Of a stretch of 64,000 nt of DNA, positions 37,116-50,584 are shown piece after piece. The DNA lies in assembly GCA_964035545.1 (NCBI GenBank), contig OZ037767.1, positions 693,680 to 757,679 of the forward strand, written 5' to 3'. The position numbers and the translations under genes were made by a program. Positions within the stretch are counted from its first letter, which is position 1, and every line of letters starts with the position of its first letter. The notes under the pieces are model-generated. The model did not search any database and was not told where the DNA came from. It worked only from the letters and a program-made list of their open reading frames with translations. The stretch comes from Bugula neritina. Its lineage: Eukaryota; Animalia; Bryozoa.

Positions 37116-40100
37116 CACATAGCCCATCATAAGAGCTAAAATGTCCACTAATACAGATCTGTTGACCTCCATGGAACTGGTGGTTCAGTATGAGAGAGGT
37201 TTGTGTAGCTTTATTATCGCAGACAAAGTTGTTAGAGCTGGGAATATGTAATGTGATAAGGTGACATAAAACTGTTACAATGTAACAATAAAACTTCACC
37301 TGCCCTCTCCAGTCCTACCCTCTCCACCCTACCAGTATAATTATACAATTACTCTAACCACATGAAATAAACACTCAAACTATTACCTTCAGGTATCTCC
37401 CTGATTGTGATTAGCATTTTGTGTAACCATCTTACCAGAATTTAAGTGGACTGGTGTAAGCAGATGTATAAGTTTGTAGGACAGAGTATTTACTGTTTAA
37501 CCTATGCCAGATGATACAGCATCTCTATAATAAGGCATTTAGCTAGTCTATCATTTAAATTAGCTAAATAATTATACAATTAGCTGCTGGTAGAGGTTGG
37601 GGAGCAGGTGGAAGGATTCGTTACCTTAATTCCTGCACTAATGACTGCTCACTTGTTTTCCTTCATAAGAAAAACAATCTCTTCAAATTGTTATCCCAAA
37701 TCCATTATCTTAAGACATACAAGAATACAATAGAGCATGTAGTCTACACATACAGTAGCCTGTAGTCTACACATACAGTAGCCTGTAGTCTACATATACA
37801 GTGCAGAAGTAAGTTGCATAGAGTGGTTTCCAGAGGATATTATTTTTAAAAAATTAAAATTCAGCTTCATCAGTCTATTAGTTGGTATTGATATAACTGA
37901 TACTTGCACACGTAAAGAGGCCAAACGTTTATATAGTGGAAAGAATGACGAAATTGAGTAGATATTGGATATTGACTTGTTGGCTTTGCACCCAATGATT
38001 AGATAGACATGGTTAGTTCAATATCAATCTATTGAGACTGTCATTTGCTGATTGGTGGCTGATCACTTGACTTGACTTGTCAAGAGGTGCTATGACTCAT
38101 CCGCCTTGCTGTCACTCCATTCACAGTGCTTTCCCACCAATGTCACTTTGAACAAACATAAAGCCAACCAAAAAGCTTTTCAATAAAAACATCGAAATTG
38201 GAATACCTTTTATTCATCTGAATATTTTACCACAGAACCCAGGTTAAGATTTTCCTGATCCAATTGATGAGTTCAGAGAAAACTCTGGCTAAATTTGTTT
38301 CATTGATTAAATTAATGTGTACAAATGGCCTAAGAAAAAGAGCATTGTTGGGTATTACCTACATTCTGTTTTGTATTGCTAATTACTAAATGTTCTAAAA
38401 GAGAAAAGTAAATAAAGCAAATAGTTTTGTGCATCAATAACTGGTATTTAGAATTCTGTATTGTTTTGCTGATTTGCATTCAATCAACCAGAAGCCCATT
38501 TCTTAAGCATGAGTGTAATTAGTGGCCAGTCTGGTATAATTTGGGCTCATTATATAAGCAGGACCTCTGATGACAATACTGATAAATATCAATATTAGCT
38601 CAATATTGTGTTTCCATTTATTATGTAAAATGATAATGAGATAGCCATGTTAATTACTGCTCCCCTCAACTCTCCAGCTGAAACATGGAAGCTGCAGGTA
38701 GTTCTTCTTTTGTAGACATTGTTGGTAACCAGAGAACTCTCAGGCTATCTTCTGCAGATTCCCTTCACAGTTGCTGCAGTTTCGCTCTCCTGCCAAGTAC
38801 GAGAGTACCGAGCTCTCAACTTCCATCCCGAACAGGAAGCTCTATGTTGACAGTTCAGGGTCGGCTCAAGAGGAAAATGACTGACACAAAACTTCCCATA
38901 GAGACACAAGTTGATGTTCTGTAATAATGATACAATATTCCGCAACCTGACGGAAATCATTTCACGATCAATATATGGCAGGGAAAACTCTCAAATTACA
39001 GATCTACCGGGCTAGCCTCAGCATCATTCTGTCAGTTTGAGAACGAAGGCTATCCTTCAGTTTGGTGCTGAGTTTAGAATGTCAGGAGGAGATAATATTG
39101 AGCAAATGGTTTATTTGCAGACGTACTGCTAAGATTATAAAGATTGATTTTGTAACTAGAGACTGCAATTACTGGGAAATCAAGACTAATGCAAACACAT
39201 CTATTGATCGGCCACTCGACAATGTTATCCAGGATGCAACCTAGATTGAAAAGTATCAATAGCCGAGCTGTAATTGTGGCATTTAACCATCGCATTGTTA
39301 TTAAAACTTTAATCAAGATATGGAAAATGGCAGTTATTATTTTAATGAGAATAATTATTACTTTTTATTGCAGTCTGAAAAGATTATTCAAATTCAAAAT
39401 ACATTTAGATAAGGTTTTATTCCATAACCACCCTTAATAATAAAGTTAGTGTATTTTAAGAATTAGGTCTAGGTAGTTTAATGATCCCAGAGCAGCAGTT
39501 TTCTGACATCACAATAGTTCTAGAAACTTCTGTCACCAACTCTGTTAGAATAACTAGCAATTTAACAGCGTGTACTATTCCATGTGTAAAGCATATATAT
39601 TATATTAACATCCTGTACTATTCCATGTGTAAAGCATATATATTATATTACATATTTTATTCATGCTTGTATTTTTAGTGACTACTGCTATGCTGACATT
39701 CTTAACAGTAATTATGAATTTATATTAATGTTATATAATTCTAACATACAAATATTATATAATTCTTACATACGAATGTTATATAACTATTGCATATAAA
39801 TATTATATAATTCTTATATAGAATATTATATAACTGTTACATATAAATAGAAGTATACATTTTACAATAGCACAAGGGTCTATTCTTTCTTCCAACATGT
39901 AGACTAGAGTTTAAAATTTAGAGAATATAACAGAGAAGTGAACAGAGCACACTATGCTATGATGTAATGCACGGGACATACACCAAGAGTGCGCTTTCTT
40001 TCAGCTCAAAAAATGCTGCCACACACTGATGTCTGCAACACAGAATGTGGTGTTTATAAAAACACTTATTTACTAAGTCGTGGAGAACTCAATACAATTA

Positions 40101-41520
40101 CTTGCTGCCCTGATACATGTAACTTAAGTTATACTCCTGCAACTCATAGCTGATGACTTAAGTCATCACGTTGTACTCAAAGCTGCTTCAGCTCTGCCGT
40201 ACTTGATATATGCTGGAGGTATATTATGCTATAGCTTGTCTACTTACTTTATGCATGGGAATATTATTTACTTTTCTTAAAAGGCAGTGGATATGAAGAG
40301 GTGCAGTATGTAATTTTCTAAGTAATGTTTTCAATAGTTTAGTAAAAAAGAAGCAAAGAAATGGGATTGTAGGACATCTGTGTGAATAAGCAGCGATGGT
40401 TGAAATCAAATGAATGTTTCTACATCAAAGGCCAACTATTGAATTCTTCTCCCAGAGTTATGTTTACAAAGAAAGATGTACATGTGTTGTTATCTCTATA
40501 GAGTTAGCTCTAGCTTCACACAAACCACAACAATCCCACACACTTGAATTAGAAACCAGTTGATTGTATGGACCCAAGGCTAGGAGAGGCAGATGTTTCA
40601 GTCTGAGTCTATAGTTTACAGTCATAAAGATAATAAACACAGCAGGCATGTTGAGAAGTTCATGCAGCTTAGTCTTTGTCTTCATTGTTACACATCAACT
40701 GCACACAAATCGCCTGTTGAAGTATTTTATAATTTATTTCTTGTAGTATTCAGCGGTTCAAATGCTCCAAAATAAATAAAAATTTTCATCGGAATTTATA
40801 GAAAACGTAATTATAATAATAATTATTATACATATATATTATTTATGTACAAAGAAAACTTTTGACATGGGATTTTATGTCAATTTGAAAATGAAATGTA
40901 TAAGATGTAATGGATAGCGCTAACTAGTCCAAGATAAAATCCAGCACACACTACTTGGTGGTCTGCTTGGACTATAAATATGACTAAATGCAAGTGAAGA
41001 GTAACACCCATCAACAAATAACAGCAATAAGTAGGGATGCTATTTTCTCTGTACAATATTGTTAGTAGCAAAAAATAAAAGAGAGGCGAGTGGAGGGCTC
41101 GAGTGCGACAGCTTCTACTGGCAGCAACCACATCTGCTTAAGTATTATTCTTTGCAAAATCAGACTAGTTCAAAAAGAGAAATTTCAATTCTCAACAAAA
41201 AAAACAAACAACAATATTAATTATATTATAATATAATATATTAATGGCCAACTATTTATTAATAAAAATAAATACTGTGTCTGAAGGAGCGTCCTTTGGA
41301 CAGGAGTTTAACTAAAACTTTCCCCAACAGAATGACAACTTCAACTCAAAGAGTAATTATAGCTATAAAAATAGAAGTCTGGCTGCCCACTAGAGCGTGT
41401 AGGTATACCGGCCGGCAGCATCTCTTAGGCAGCGTCACTGGGAATCAGACGGAGTAAATGAGACTGAATAAATGAGTATTGCACCATTGTATTGTCTTCG
41501 GTAACCGTAGTAACTCAAGG

Positions 41521-44500
41521 TCACACGGCTGTAGCCGAGGTTACGTTGTTAGCATGCTGCCGATCCTGTGCTGACTCTTGTTGCCGTTGACTACAAGTAA
41601 ACAACACAACAATGAGTCATGTATGAGCAGTGGATGTCTGCAGAGTTATCTACAGTGAAGCTGTGTGCGCCACGGGAAGTATGAGAAATGAATTAGAACA
41701 TCATTTTATCTTATCAGAGTAAACCCGTCTTTTGTAAGCATCAAGTATAGCCCAGGTTCTACTAAGTATAGCCCAGGTTCTACTGAGTATAGCCCAGGTT
41801 CTACTAATGCTGAGCTGTATTGCCTAAGCACTCCCCGTGGGTTTGCTATGCACATAAATTAGATAGGGCATGCCCTCCAAGGAGATGCTGAGATGTTTGA
41901 ATATGCCACGAACCTATTGAGAAGGCAAACACCATGAAACATCAAATGATGCCGCACAACGCTGACACGTATATTAGAAGTCAGCATAACAACTCACCTA
42001 TTGTAGGAAGTGGTCGCAGGTAGGGACGGCGTCACCCTGCCACACACTGTCTGTAAAGTTGGACTAGAAATGGCGCCACCATCTTTGTAGAGTGGTTGCT
42101 GTGTAGAGCTGACAGAGGACAGATGGTGATAGTGATCCGCTGTGTGAGAGTGCAGCGGCTGCCGATACTCAACTGCTGCCGACATCAGCTGACTCTGACC
42201 GTCTAAATGTCTATTTATAGAGTTAGTGTTGCCCAGCATGTGCCTCTCCTTGGCTCTGTTTATATCTTTTATCAAATCTTTATGCACTACTTTGGTGGGG
42301 GTTAATGCCCCGGACGAGTTTTTATAGTCTAATGACATTGGCGGACTGGAGGCAGCGACCTCTCTCTCCTCCTTCATCTTCTCCGCTGTCGGGTACTCGT
42401 AGGGGGACAACTTCTTCCTGTCTCCGCCCACCGGGTTGTGGATTCTGTTGTTCATAGAGTTCACCTGGTTCTGTCTCGCCTCCAAGCTCTTGTCATCCTC
42501 GACGCGACGTCGGCAGCGCCGGTAGAGCAGGATGCTGACTAGCACCAGCAGCAGCAACATAGGGATGCCACTGCCCAGGCACACGATGAGGATGAGCTGC
42601 GGCTGCGTGAGTTCCACTTGACCAGAGGCTTGTTCGGAGGCTGTTTTCACGGCCCCCGCCTTTGGGGTGGCCAGGATAGCCTTAGACTGAGTAGAGGAGG
42701 GGGTTGAGGGGGCGGGGGTAGTTGTCCTGGTTGTGCTGGTGCTAGTTGGTGCACTGCCCAGTCTGTACTGACACTGCCTACCCTCGTACTCGGGGCTACA
42801 GTGACACATGTAGTCGTTGAGCAAGTCCTCGCAAGTGCCGTGTCCGCTCACACAGGGACTAGACGCGCACTCGTTCACCTCCTCGTTGCACATCCGACCT
42901 TGATATCCGGGTGCGCACCGACACTCAAAGTCATTCACCTTGTCCAAGCAGGAACCTGTCAACAAACAGAACATTTTACAGACGTGCCACACTTTGAAGA
43001 TATTGACAATACCTGAACTGAAAATTCTCTCAACTGAAATAGACTAAGATTTTTACCTCCATTGGCACAAGGCAGGGCGGCGCAGTCGTCTACGTCAATC
43101 TCACAGAGATCCCCGATAAAGCCCGGCCTGCAGCGACACTCGTAGCGGTTGGCCCCGTCTATACACTCGCCGCCGTTGAGGCAGGGGGACTCCCCGGCAC
43201 ACTCGTCTTCGTTAATCTCACAGAACTGGCCACTGAACCCCTCTGGACAGACGCAGCTGTAGGAGTTGAGGCCGTCCACACATTGGCCGTCTGCAAACAT
43301 AATACTTCTGCATCAACTCAACACAGCACAAGCATGCGCAGCAAAACTTTCACCTTTGCTAAAAATTTAACGTAATTTGTTGGTTATAATTAGGGTAATT
43401 ATACGCAGGTAGAAAGTATAATTAAATAATAATAATGATTTGCGTTTCTATTATTCAGATAGGAGGGAGCAGCTGATGGCAAGCACCGTCTGCGGCAGCT
43501 TTAATCACAGCAATTATAACCAATCGCGTGCTGCCTTACTGCTGCTGCCTTACTGCTGCTACCGGTAAGCCAGCGGTCGTTTGCACCCAACTCTTCAGTG
43601 GATACAAGCCGTCTGCTCACTCTGTTAGTATCAACAACCGGCTGTAGACTGAGCTCTCTATAATGCTGATTGAACACTAAGACTAATGCAGAAAGGGCAC
43701 ACACATGCACTGGGCCTCAGGCTATGCTACAGCAACTGCACTTCTGCTCTGCTATCCGCCCACCAGCCATAAAATACTAATGAAAGTCATTAAGTGTTGT
43801 GTATAGCAGTAGTGGTGGATATACACTCTAGCAGTGGTGGATATATACTCGGCACACAGTAGAAGGGGAGAAAACTCACTGTTCTTGCAGGGAGGCTCAG
43901 GGTCACCTTCACGTCGCATACACTCGTCTATCTCGGTCTGACAGTTTACTCCGTGCCAGCCGGGCTCGCAGTGGCACTTGTAGGAGATGGGCAGTGACTC
44001 GCACCACCCACCGTTAGCACAGGGGTTCACTCGGCAAGTCTCCATCTTGATTTCGCACTTAGCACCGCTGAATCCCTGCAGACACTGGCACTCAAAGTCG
44101 TCTCCTACGTCCTGTAACAGAACACATCTATTAGCACTGAGAGGGGATAGAGAGGGGGATAGAGAGGGGGGTTAGAGGGGAGTAAAACAGCTGTGGGCAA
44201 ACTGCATGTGGACAGACAGACAGACAGACAGATAATCCCCATCACGAGTCAAGAGTATCAATTATTCTATTAGAAGCTTTGATGGAGTAGTTGGCTGACT
44301 GATAGGAGGATAAGAAAGATGGCAGGGGGTGTAATTGGCAGCGTGAGTAGTAGACAAGTGTTGGTTTATGCGATAAAATGAGGCCCCAGAGTCGTATCAG
44401 CTGACAAAGCTTTGCCAAGTCACTTCGTAATTACAAGATTGAAATAATAGGAAGAGAATCCCCGAGGGCAGCTCATCAACTGGCCTATTTCTTGCTGACA

Positions 44501-47500
44501 TTTCACAAACAGAGTAACGGCAGCAAACAGAGAGAAAACTCACCCGACAGGTTCCACCGTTGAGGCAGCTATTCACTGCGCAGTTATCAATCTCCACCTC
44601 GCAGTTGACTCCGGTGTAGCCGAGTGGGCACGTGCAGGTGTAGGACCCGGCTCCCGTGTTGGTGCAGGTCCCGCCGTTCTTGCAGGGCCTCTTGTTGGTG
44701 CAGTAGTTGAGATCTACAGAGAGAGACTACACTGTAAGACAGCTGCTATAAATAGCTAACGCACGCTTCACACTCCCTGCCCTGGGAGCAACAGCATGTT
44801 ATCTGATATTCTATGCTGCCCGCTGCTGCTGCCACATGCCTTTTTATAACAACTGATTAGTAAAGGTTAATTATTTTGGGCCAGTTTTTCAAACTAAAGG
44901 TTAATAGTTTCCCAAGCTGCAGTTTCAAATTGAGAGATTGACACAGGACTGTGGACAGGTAGAGAGTATACAGGTAGAGAGTATACAGGTAGAGAGTATA
45001 CAGGTAGAGAGTATACAGGTAGAGTATACAGAGTAGAGTATACAGAGTAGAGTATACAGAGTAGAGTAAACAGAGTAAAGTATACAGAGTAGAGCATACA
45101 GAGTATACAGAGTAGAGTATACAGGTAGAGTATACAGAGTATACAGAGTAGAGCATACAGTGTATACAGATAGAGCGTATAAATGCAGTATAGATGCATT
45201 ATCGAGAGTGACTGGACTGATATAAAGAGTATTTGAAAGGAAATATTGATCAGCATGATAATTAGGTGCACTGAAGTTTGTGGTTTTGTCTTAAAAACTG
45301 CATTCAATGAAAACACTAACAGAATTAAAATGAAGAAAAACAATAATAATTGTAGTAAATGAGGCAGAGGTAGGGGCAAGTGGTTATATTTGTAGCAACC
45401 TTTAGAATTGATACTAAACAGTGTAACTGCATTCCAACCCTTTCAACACACTACCTTGGTACACTCAGAGCTCGGCATTTGCTAGACACGGTATCGTTTT
45501 TCACTCCAGCCTGATTATGTTGAAACTTTTAAGCCTCTAATTTTATATTCGGAAAGCAAACAAGAGTGAGCTCCAATGAGCGTAGAAGCTAAGGTAGCAG
45601 CTCTGCACTCTCAAATACCTAACAACTTTCCCCATTCAGCTCGCCTGTCACTTATTGATTAGACTGTCATTTCAATTGATTCCCTTGACTACATTACAAT
45701 TACAATATAATTTCACTATCCGAGCGGGTTGACAGCTGGCGGCAGCGGAGACGAGGCACTGCTGCCGATCTGGTCCCCGGACTGTCCCCTACATTGTGTG
45801 ACATCACCAAGTAGACACAGAAACAAACCCCACAGTATCACGAGTTGGTAGGACATTTAAGCCAGGTGTTCCCTCGTAGACCAATAATAACAGTGACTGC
45901 TGGGTGTGCAGTCCATTACCTTAATACCTGCCAGCACATGTCATGATGTCACTAGCAGGTGCTACAACTACCTGCCTGTGTAGTATAGCTCACCTTGGTT
46001 GCAGTAGAGTCCGCCCCAGCCCTCGTTACAAATGCACTCGAAAGAATCGTGGCAGTAACCGTGTTCGCAGTTGGGGTAGGTGATGCATTGGTTACAGTAC
46101 TTCCCTTCCCAGCCGACGTTGCAGCTGTAAGCATATATCATACGAGTTGATAAGCATATATCATACGAGTTGATAAGCATATATCATCCGAGTTGATAAG
46201 CATATATCATACGAGTTGATAAGCATATATCATACGAGTTGATAAGCATATATCATACAAGTTTATAAGCATATATCATACGAGTTGATAAGCATCTATC
46301 ATACGAGTTGATAAGCATATATCATACGAGTTTATAAGCATATATCATATGAGTTTATAAGCATATATCATACGAGTTTATAAGCATATATCATACGAGT
46401 TTATAAGCATATATCATACGAGTTTATAAGCATATATCATACGAGTTTATAAGCATATATCATACGAGTTTATAAGCATATATCATACGAGTTTATAAGC
46501 ATATATCATACGAGTTTATAAGCATATATCATACGAGTTTATAAGCATATATCATACGAGTTGATAAGCATACCTGCACTCGTTGGGTCTCCTACAAGAG
46601 CCGTGCTCCTTGCTGCACCCCTCCAAACAGATGGCTGAAAGAGAGAAGGCAGCTATTAGAGTGACATACAGATAACTGTAGAAATAAGTGCTGCAGCTGT
46701 CAGGGAGAGGGGACAGTGGTGTATAGACAGCTGTCAGTGAGAGGGGACAGTGGTGTATAGACAGCTGTCAGTGAGAGGGGGACAGTGGTGTATAGACAGC
46801 TGTCAGTGAGAGGGGGACAGTGGTGTATAGACAGCTGTCAGTGAGAGGGGGACAGTGGTGTATAGACAGTGGTGTATAGACAGTGGTGTATGTAAACAAT
46901 GTAGCTTATCTACACTCAGTAGATCATCCAACAGATAAGCAGCACACAATGCTAGGATTAAGTACTGCGGCTTTCTACATCAACATCTGCTCTCCCAGCA
47001 CTTCCTGTCTACACACTTCAGCCATCCCACTTTTTACTCACAACCCAACCAATTGCTGCCAGCAGCTGACTCGTACGTCAAGGCAGCTCTTTGAAGCTGA
47101 GAGGTAGACTGCTGATTTCCTCTGCCAGGTGTCTCTACACTAACCTTTCCTATGATACACTACCGCTGCCTGCTGCCTTTACAACTCAGAGTAACTCACC
47201 TTTGTCGCAGTATTCTCCCTGCCAGCCCTGGCGGCACACCTTGGCCCCCTGAGCGTCACACTCGTAGTGGCCAAGCTCGTCGTCTCTCTCCGTGCAGATG
47301 GTGGTGCAGCCGTCGCCGTAGTAGGTGGCGTCACACTCAACTCTGTATCTGAAGCTGATGGACTGAGACTCCGTGCTGTTCCACTGCTTGCTCTGCCAGT
47401 CGTCTGACGGGAGGATGGGGGTGCGACTCGACCCTTGGAAGGTGGCTATCAATCCACTCTCTGCAACAGACAGACACATTACCTGTGTGTAGGTAAACCT

Positions 47501-49785
47501 AGCTAGCACTTGCTTATACCTAGCTAGCACTTGCTGCACACGTGTGCACATCACCTGAGCAGCAAAACCTGTGAACAAGTTGGAGAATTTTCCCTCCAAT
47601 ATTTTAATATAATTAATATATAATTCACTACCAGCCATTATAAAAGAGTTTACTTTGAAATTCTGTCATTATTTGCTGCAAGAGGAGGCCATAATTAGCA
47701 CATTAGGAGGGAGTTAGTGAGGGAGTTAGTAAGGGAGATGTTTAATGAGCAATTGAAAGGCCCTCAGTCTATGTAAGTGGATATCCTACTCATTTATTAA
47801 CAATACAGTTCACCTAATCGCTGTGAGAAACTTGGACCAAAAACTACACAAGTTGAAACACTGCCTCACAGGTGTCCCTGAAAGCCGCCCCAAACAGAAC
47901 TTATAATAGCCCCCAGCATTTCTAAGGCTTAACTTTTCATAAATAATATTATTTACACAGTGAGATATTATTGGCACTGGGCACGTGCAGAGTTGCCTGG
48001 CTCTTAAAATGGAAAAGTTACTAAAAAGTAACACTAAGATGGGCCCAAGATAGTACAATGCAGCGGATAGTGTTTGTATGCTTTACTGCCTCTCCCCTGT
48101 TTTTAGAATAAGCAGAGTAACAATTGCCTCTACTTAACTTATCTTTACAAGTCAAGTGGTGAGGCAGATGCTACGAGTTATGCACAGTATAGCCTTTGTT
48201 TCATCAACTAGATGTAAGTCTGCACTGAGGCTACAGCCGTCACACTGAATTCACAGCTCAAACAAATAGTACATTTTATGACGAATGTGACATGAATAAA
48301 GTAAAGCACTCCGAGATAAGAGAACTGGCAATACATTAGAGTTATGACCACCTAAAGTATGACCAGATATAAAATCGTCTGGTGAGTGCATGATGAGTCA
48401 GAGCAGACGACGCCCTCGCCAGTTCTACTCATTCAGAATAACAGCATTCAGTTGTTTAATCCAACTCATTGATAATATATACAAAGTGAATGCCAGATCA
48501 GCTACCTAGTCAATATGCAAGGGGCGGCAGCTAGGAGCAGCGTTTGAACCTGCTATATCTACCTATGGTCCAGGTTTACGGCTGCAAAAACGCAATTAAA
48601 AACCACAACAAGTTTGCTATCAGTGGAGGGGCAGTTGGGTGTTTACTGAGAGGTTGGGTCACGTGCCAGGTGCGATGGTTCACATGGTGCTAGGTGTATG
48701 ATTTGGCGCTACACCCTCGCAAATACCTGGATGAGAAGGCAGTCAACAAATATCGGAGAAAATCAAATCTAGCAACAAAGAGGATTTTGGAAGGGAGAGA
48801 GATTACGAATAGCCAATTCGTAATCAGGAGTAGAAAATGTCAACAGAGAGAAATGTGGGAGAGCAGCTGCAAGTTGGTATGCAAGCTCAAGGATATTGAG
48901 GTAATTTAATGAAATATTTAGCTAGCAAATGAAGTTTGGTACTTCAGAACAAAAGAATGGAGACAGAGCGGAGGGCTATACGTAACAGGTGTAGTGTACA
49001 ATTGAGCGGTATAACACTTGAAATAGTGTATTGATAGTAAACTTACGTCTGGGAGCGGTACTGACTTCGTGATACGCATCAATTATTAGACTGAAATCCC
49101 CCTAAAACAAGCAAAGAATAGCTCTTGAATATATGCTCGTTCTGTATCAATGGATAATGTATAACTTAATAGGGATTAATCACTATTTATTAACATCAAC
49201 GCACAGGCCTTCTGGTTTGGGCTACTACAAACTTTCATCTGCCACCCTACGATACCATCTGCTTTTTCATGTTTATCTTACAAGTCTATAACTCACTGCA
49301 GAGAAGGCAGTAAACAAAGACTAACACTTACTGGCCATGCAAATGGGAATCTAAACTGTAGAGGATTGGTGAACACTCCTTGGTTCTTGGGGAAACTGAA
49401 AGAGTTGTTGCCCATGACATCGGTTGTAAATTCCCCATACGAACAACCACCAGGAGAGATGTTAGTCTGAAAATGTTTTATACAAATCCGGAAGTAAGTT
49501 CGGCATGTTTGCGTGCAGACATTGTTTATCTGTGAGCCTGAGCAACACGTCCGATTATTTAATAATCCATTGTCATTTTTGAACTGGAACAATTCCAACT
49601 TGAACACACCACTAGCTGATACCTAAAAACAAATAATAAAATTGAAGAGCAAAATCAACACTTGGTGTATGATCAAATTGCTTACAATTAATTCAGTTAA
49701 ACAGCTATAAGCCATATTTGTATATTCAACTTACTTGTGAAGTTACTAAAATTATGGCTAAGAACTGGATACTGGAAGGACACAT
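41521..49785 (-). CDS. Dl: Delta Notch ligand (signal peptide, MNNL/C2, DSL, 9 EGF, TM, ICD with PDZ-binding tail), ~837 aa
   Basis: Exons 49785-49735, 49622-49332, 49101-49047, 47460-47200, 46634-46574, 46124-45994, 44713-44544, 44111-43880, 43290-43057, 42955-41998 and 41590-41521 (2514 nt). Motifs [45 protein letters not shown]...GHYEC, nine EGFs, a TM segment and terminal ATAV*. No vWC domain, so Delta rather than Serrate. Confidence 0.95.
44952..45175. repeat. (tatacaggtagagag / tatacagagtagag) minisatellite in a Delta intron
   Basis: Visible tandem copies; same core as the 24188-24470 array. Confidence 0.9.
46127..46572. repeat. 23-bp minisatellite (taagcatatatcatacgagtt[g/t]a, ~19 copies) constituting the whole Delta intron 46125-46573
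   Basis: On the minus strand the intron starts gtatgcttatcaactc and ends gatatatgcttacag; both ends are variants of the unit. Confidence 0.96.
46694..46890. repeat. 35-bp minisatellite (gacagctgtcagtgagagggggacagtggtgtata, ~5 copies)
   Basis: Visible tandem copies. Confidence 0.9.
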
Positions 49786-50584
49786 CTTTAGGAATAGAAA
49801 CTTGAAGACCTGCAATAGTTTTATCAACAGTCAATCACATGAGCTGAATAATGAATATAAAACTTAGATTTACATTTACTTAAACAAAGCACTCCATGAG
49901 AAAAATCATCAGAAAATTGCACAAGTTACAAATCCTTGTGCAAGTGAAGCTAATTCAGTAAAATCTGGCAGCAGGGGCTAAACCCTGTAGGTGAATACTG
50001 GGAAAGCAATGGAGCTCATCAACTCTATTATTTTCATTATAATTCTAACTTCTGCTTTCTAGCTTCAAAACAAAGAATTGTACCTTTTCTACAAATCTAA
50101 GTTGTGTCATGACCATCATGCTTATTTTCTTCTATTCTAATCAGAAGTGAAAGCAATACTGACAGATTTAAAATAGCAATATGTATATTTAACATTAAAT
50201 CAATCTCATAGTATTGCTATTGCTTAGTCACTAATTCTAATAGTAATAATTATTAAATCTAAATCTAATACTAAAAGTACCTTCAGTTAGAACATCTAAT
50301 TTTATATCTATAAAACTTCAGTTCAAATACTAACAAACTTTTTACTGATTTTCCTTTGCATCTATCTTCAGTAAAAACCCCAAAATTACTTATACTAATT
50401 AAGCTAAACACTCATCGGAATTCTATTAAGTAAAATTAGCCATTTTGATTTTTCATTCAAATTAACACTAACAGTTTACTTCACTTGCAGTTCAAACAAC
50501 AAGGCTAGGTAGAAATTTATAGATCTATGGTTGAACATATGTATAAAAATAATTAATTAAAATAAATTTAAAAATGATACTTAC

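Noticed and set aside
33500-40700. Possible additional gene between FLASH-like and Delta (exon-like pieces at ~36740-36846, ~37160-37240 and ~38680-39300)
   Set aside because: No frame-consistent exon chain or recognisable domain. A lncRNA or decayed element cannot be excluded without RNA-seq.
41521-49785. Serrate/Jagged or Notch identity for the EGF-repeat gene
   Set aside because: Only nine EGFs and no vWC, LNR or ankyrin domains; MNNL+DSL indicates Delta.
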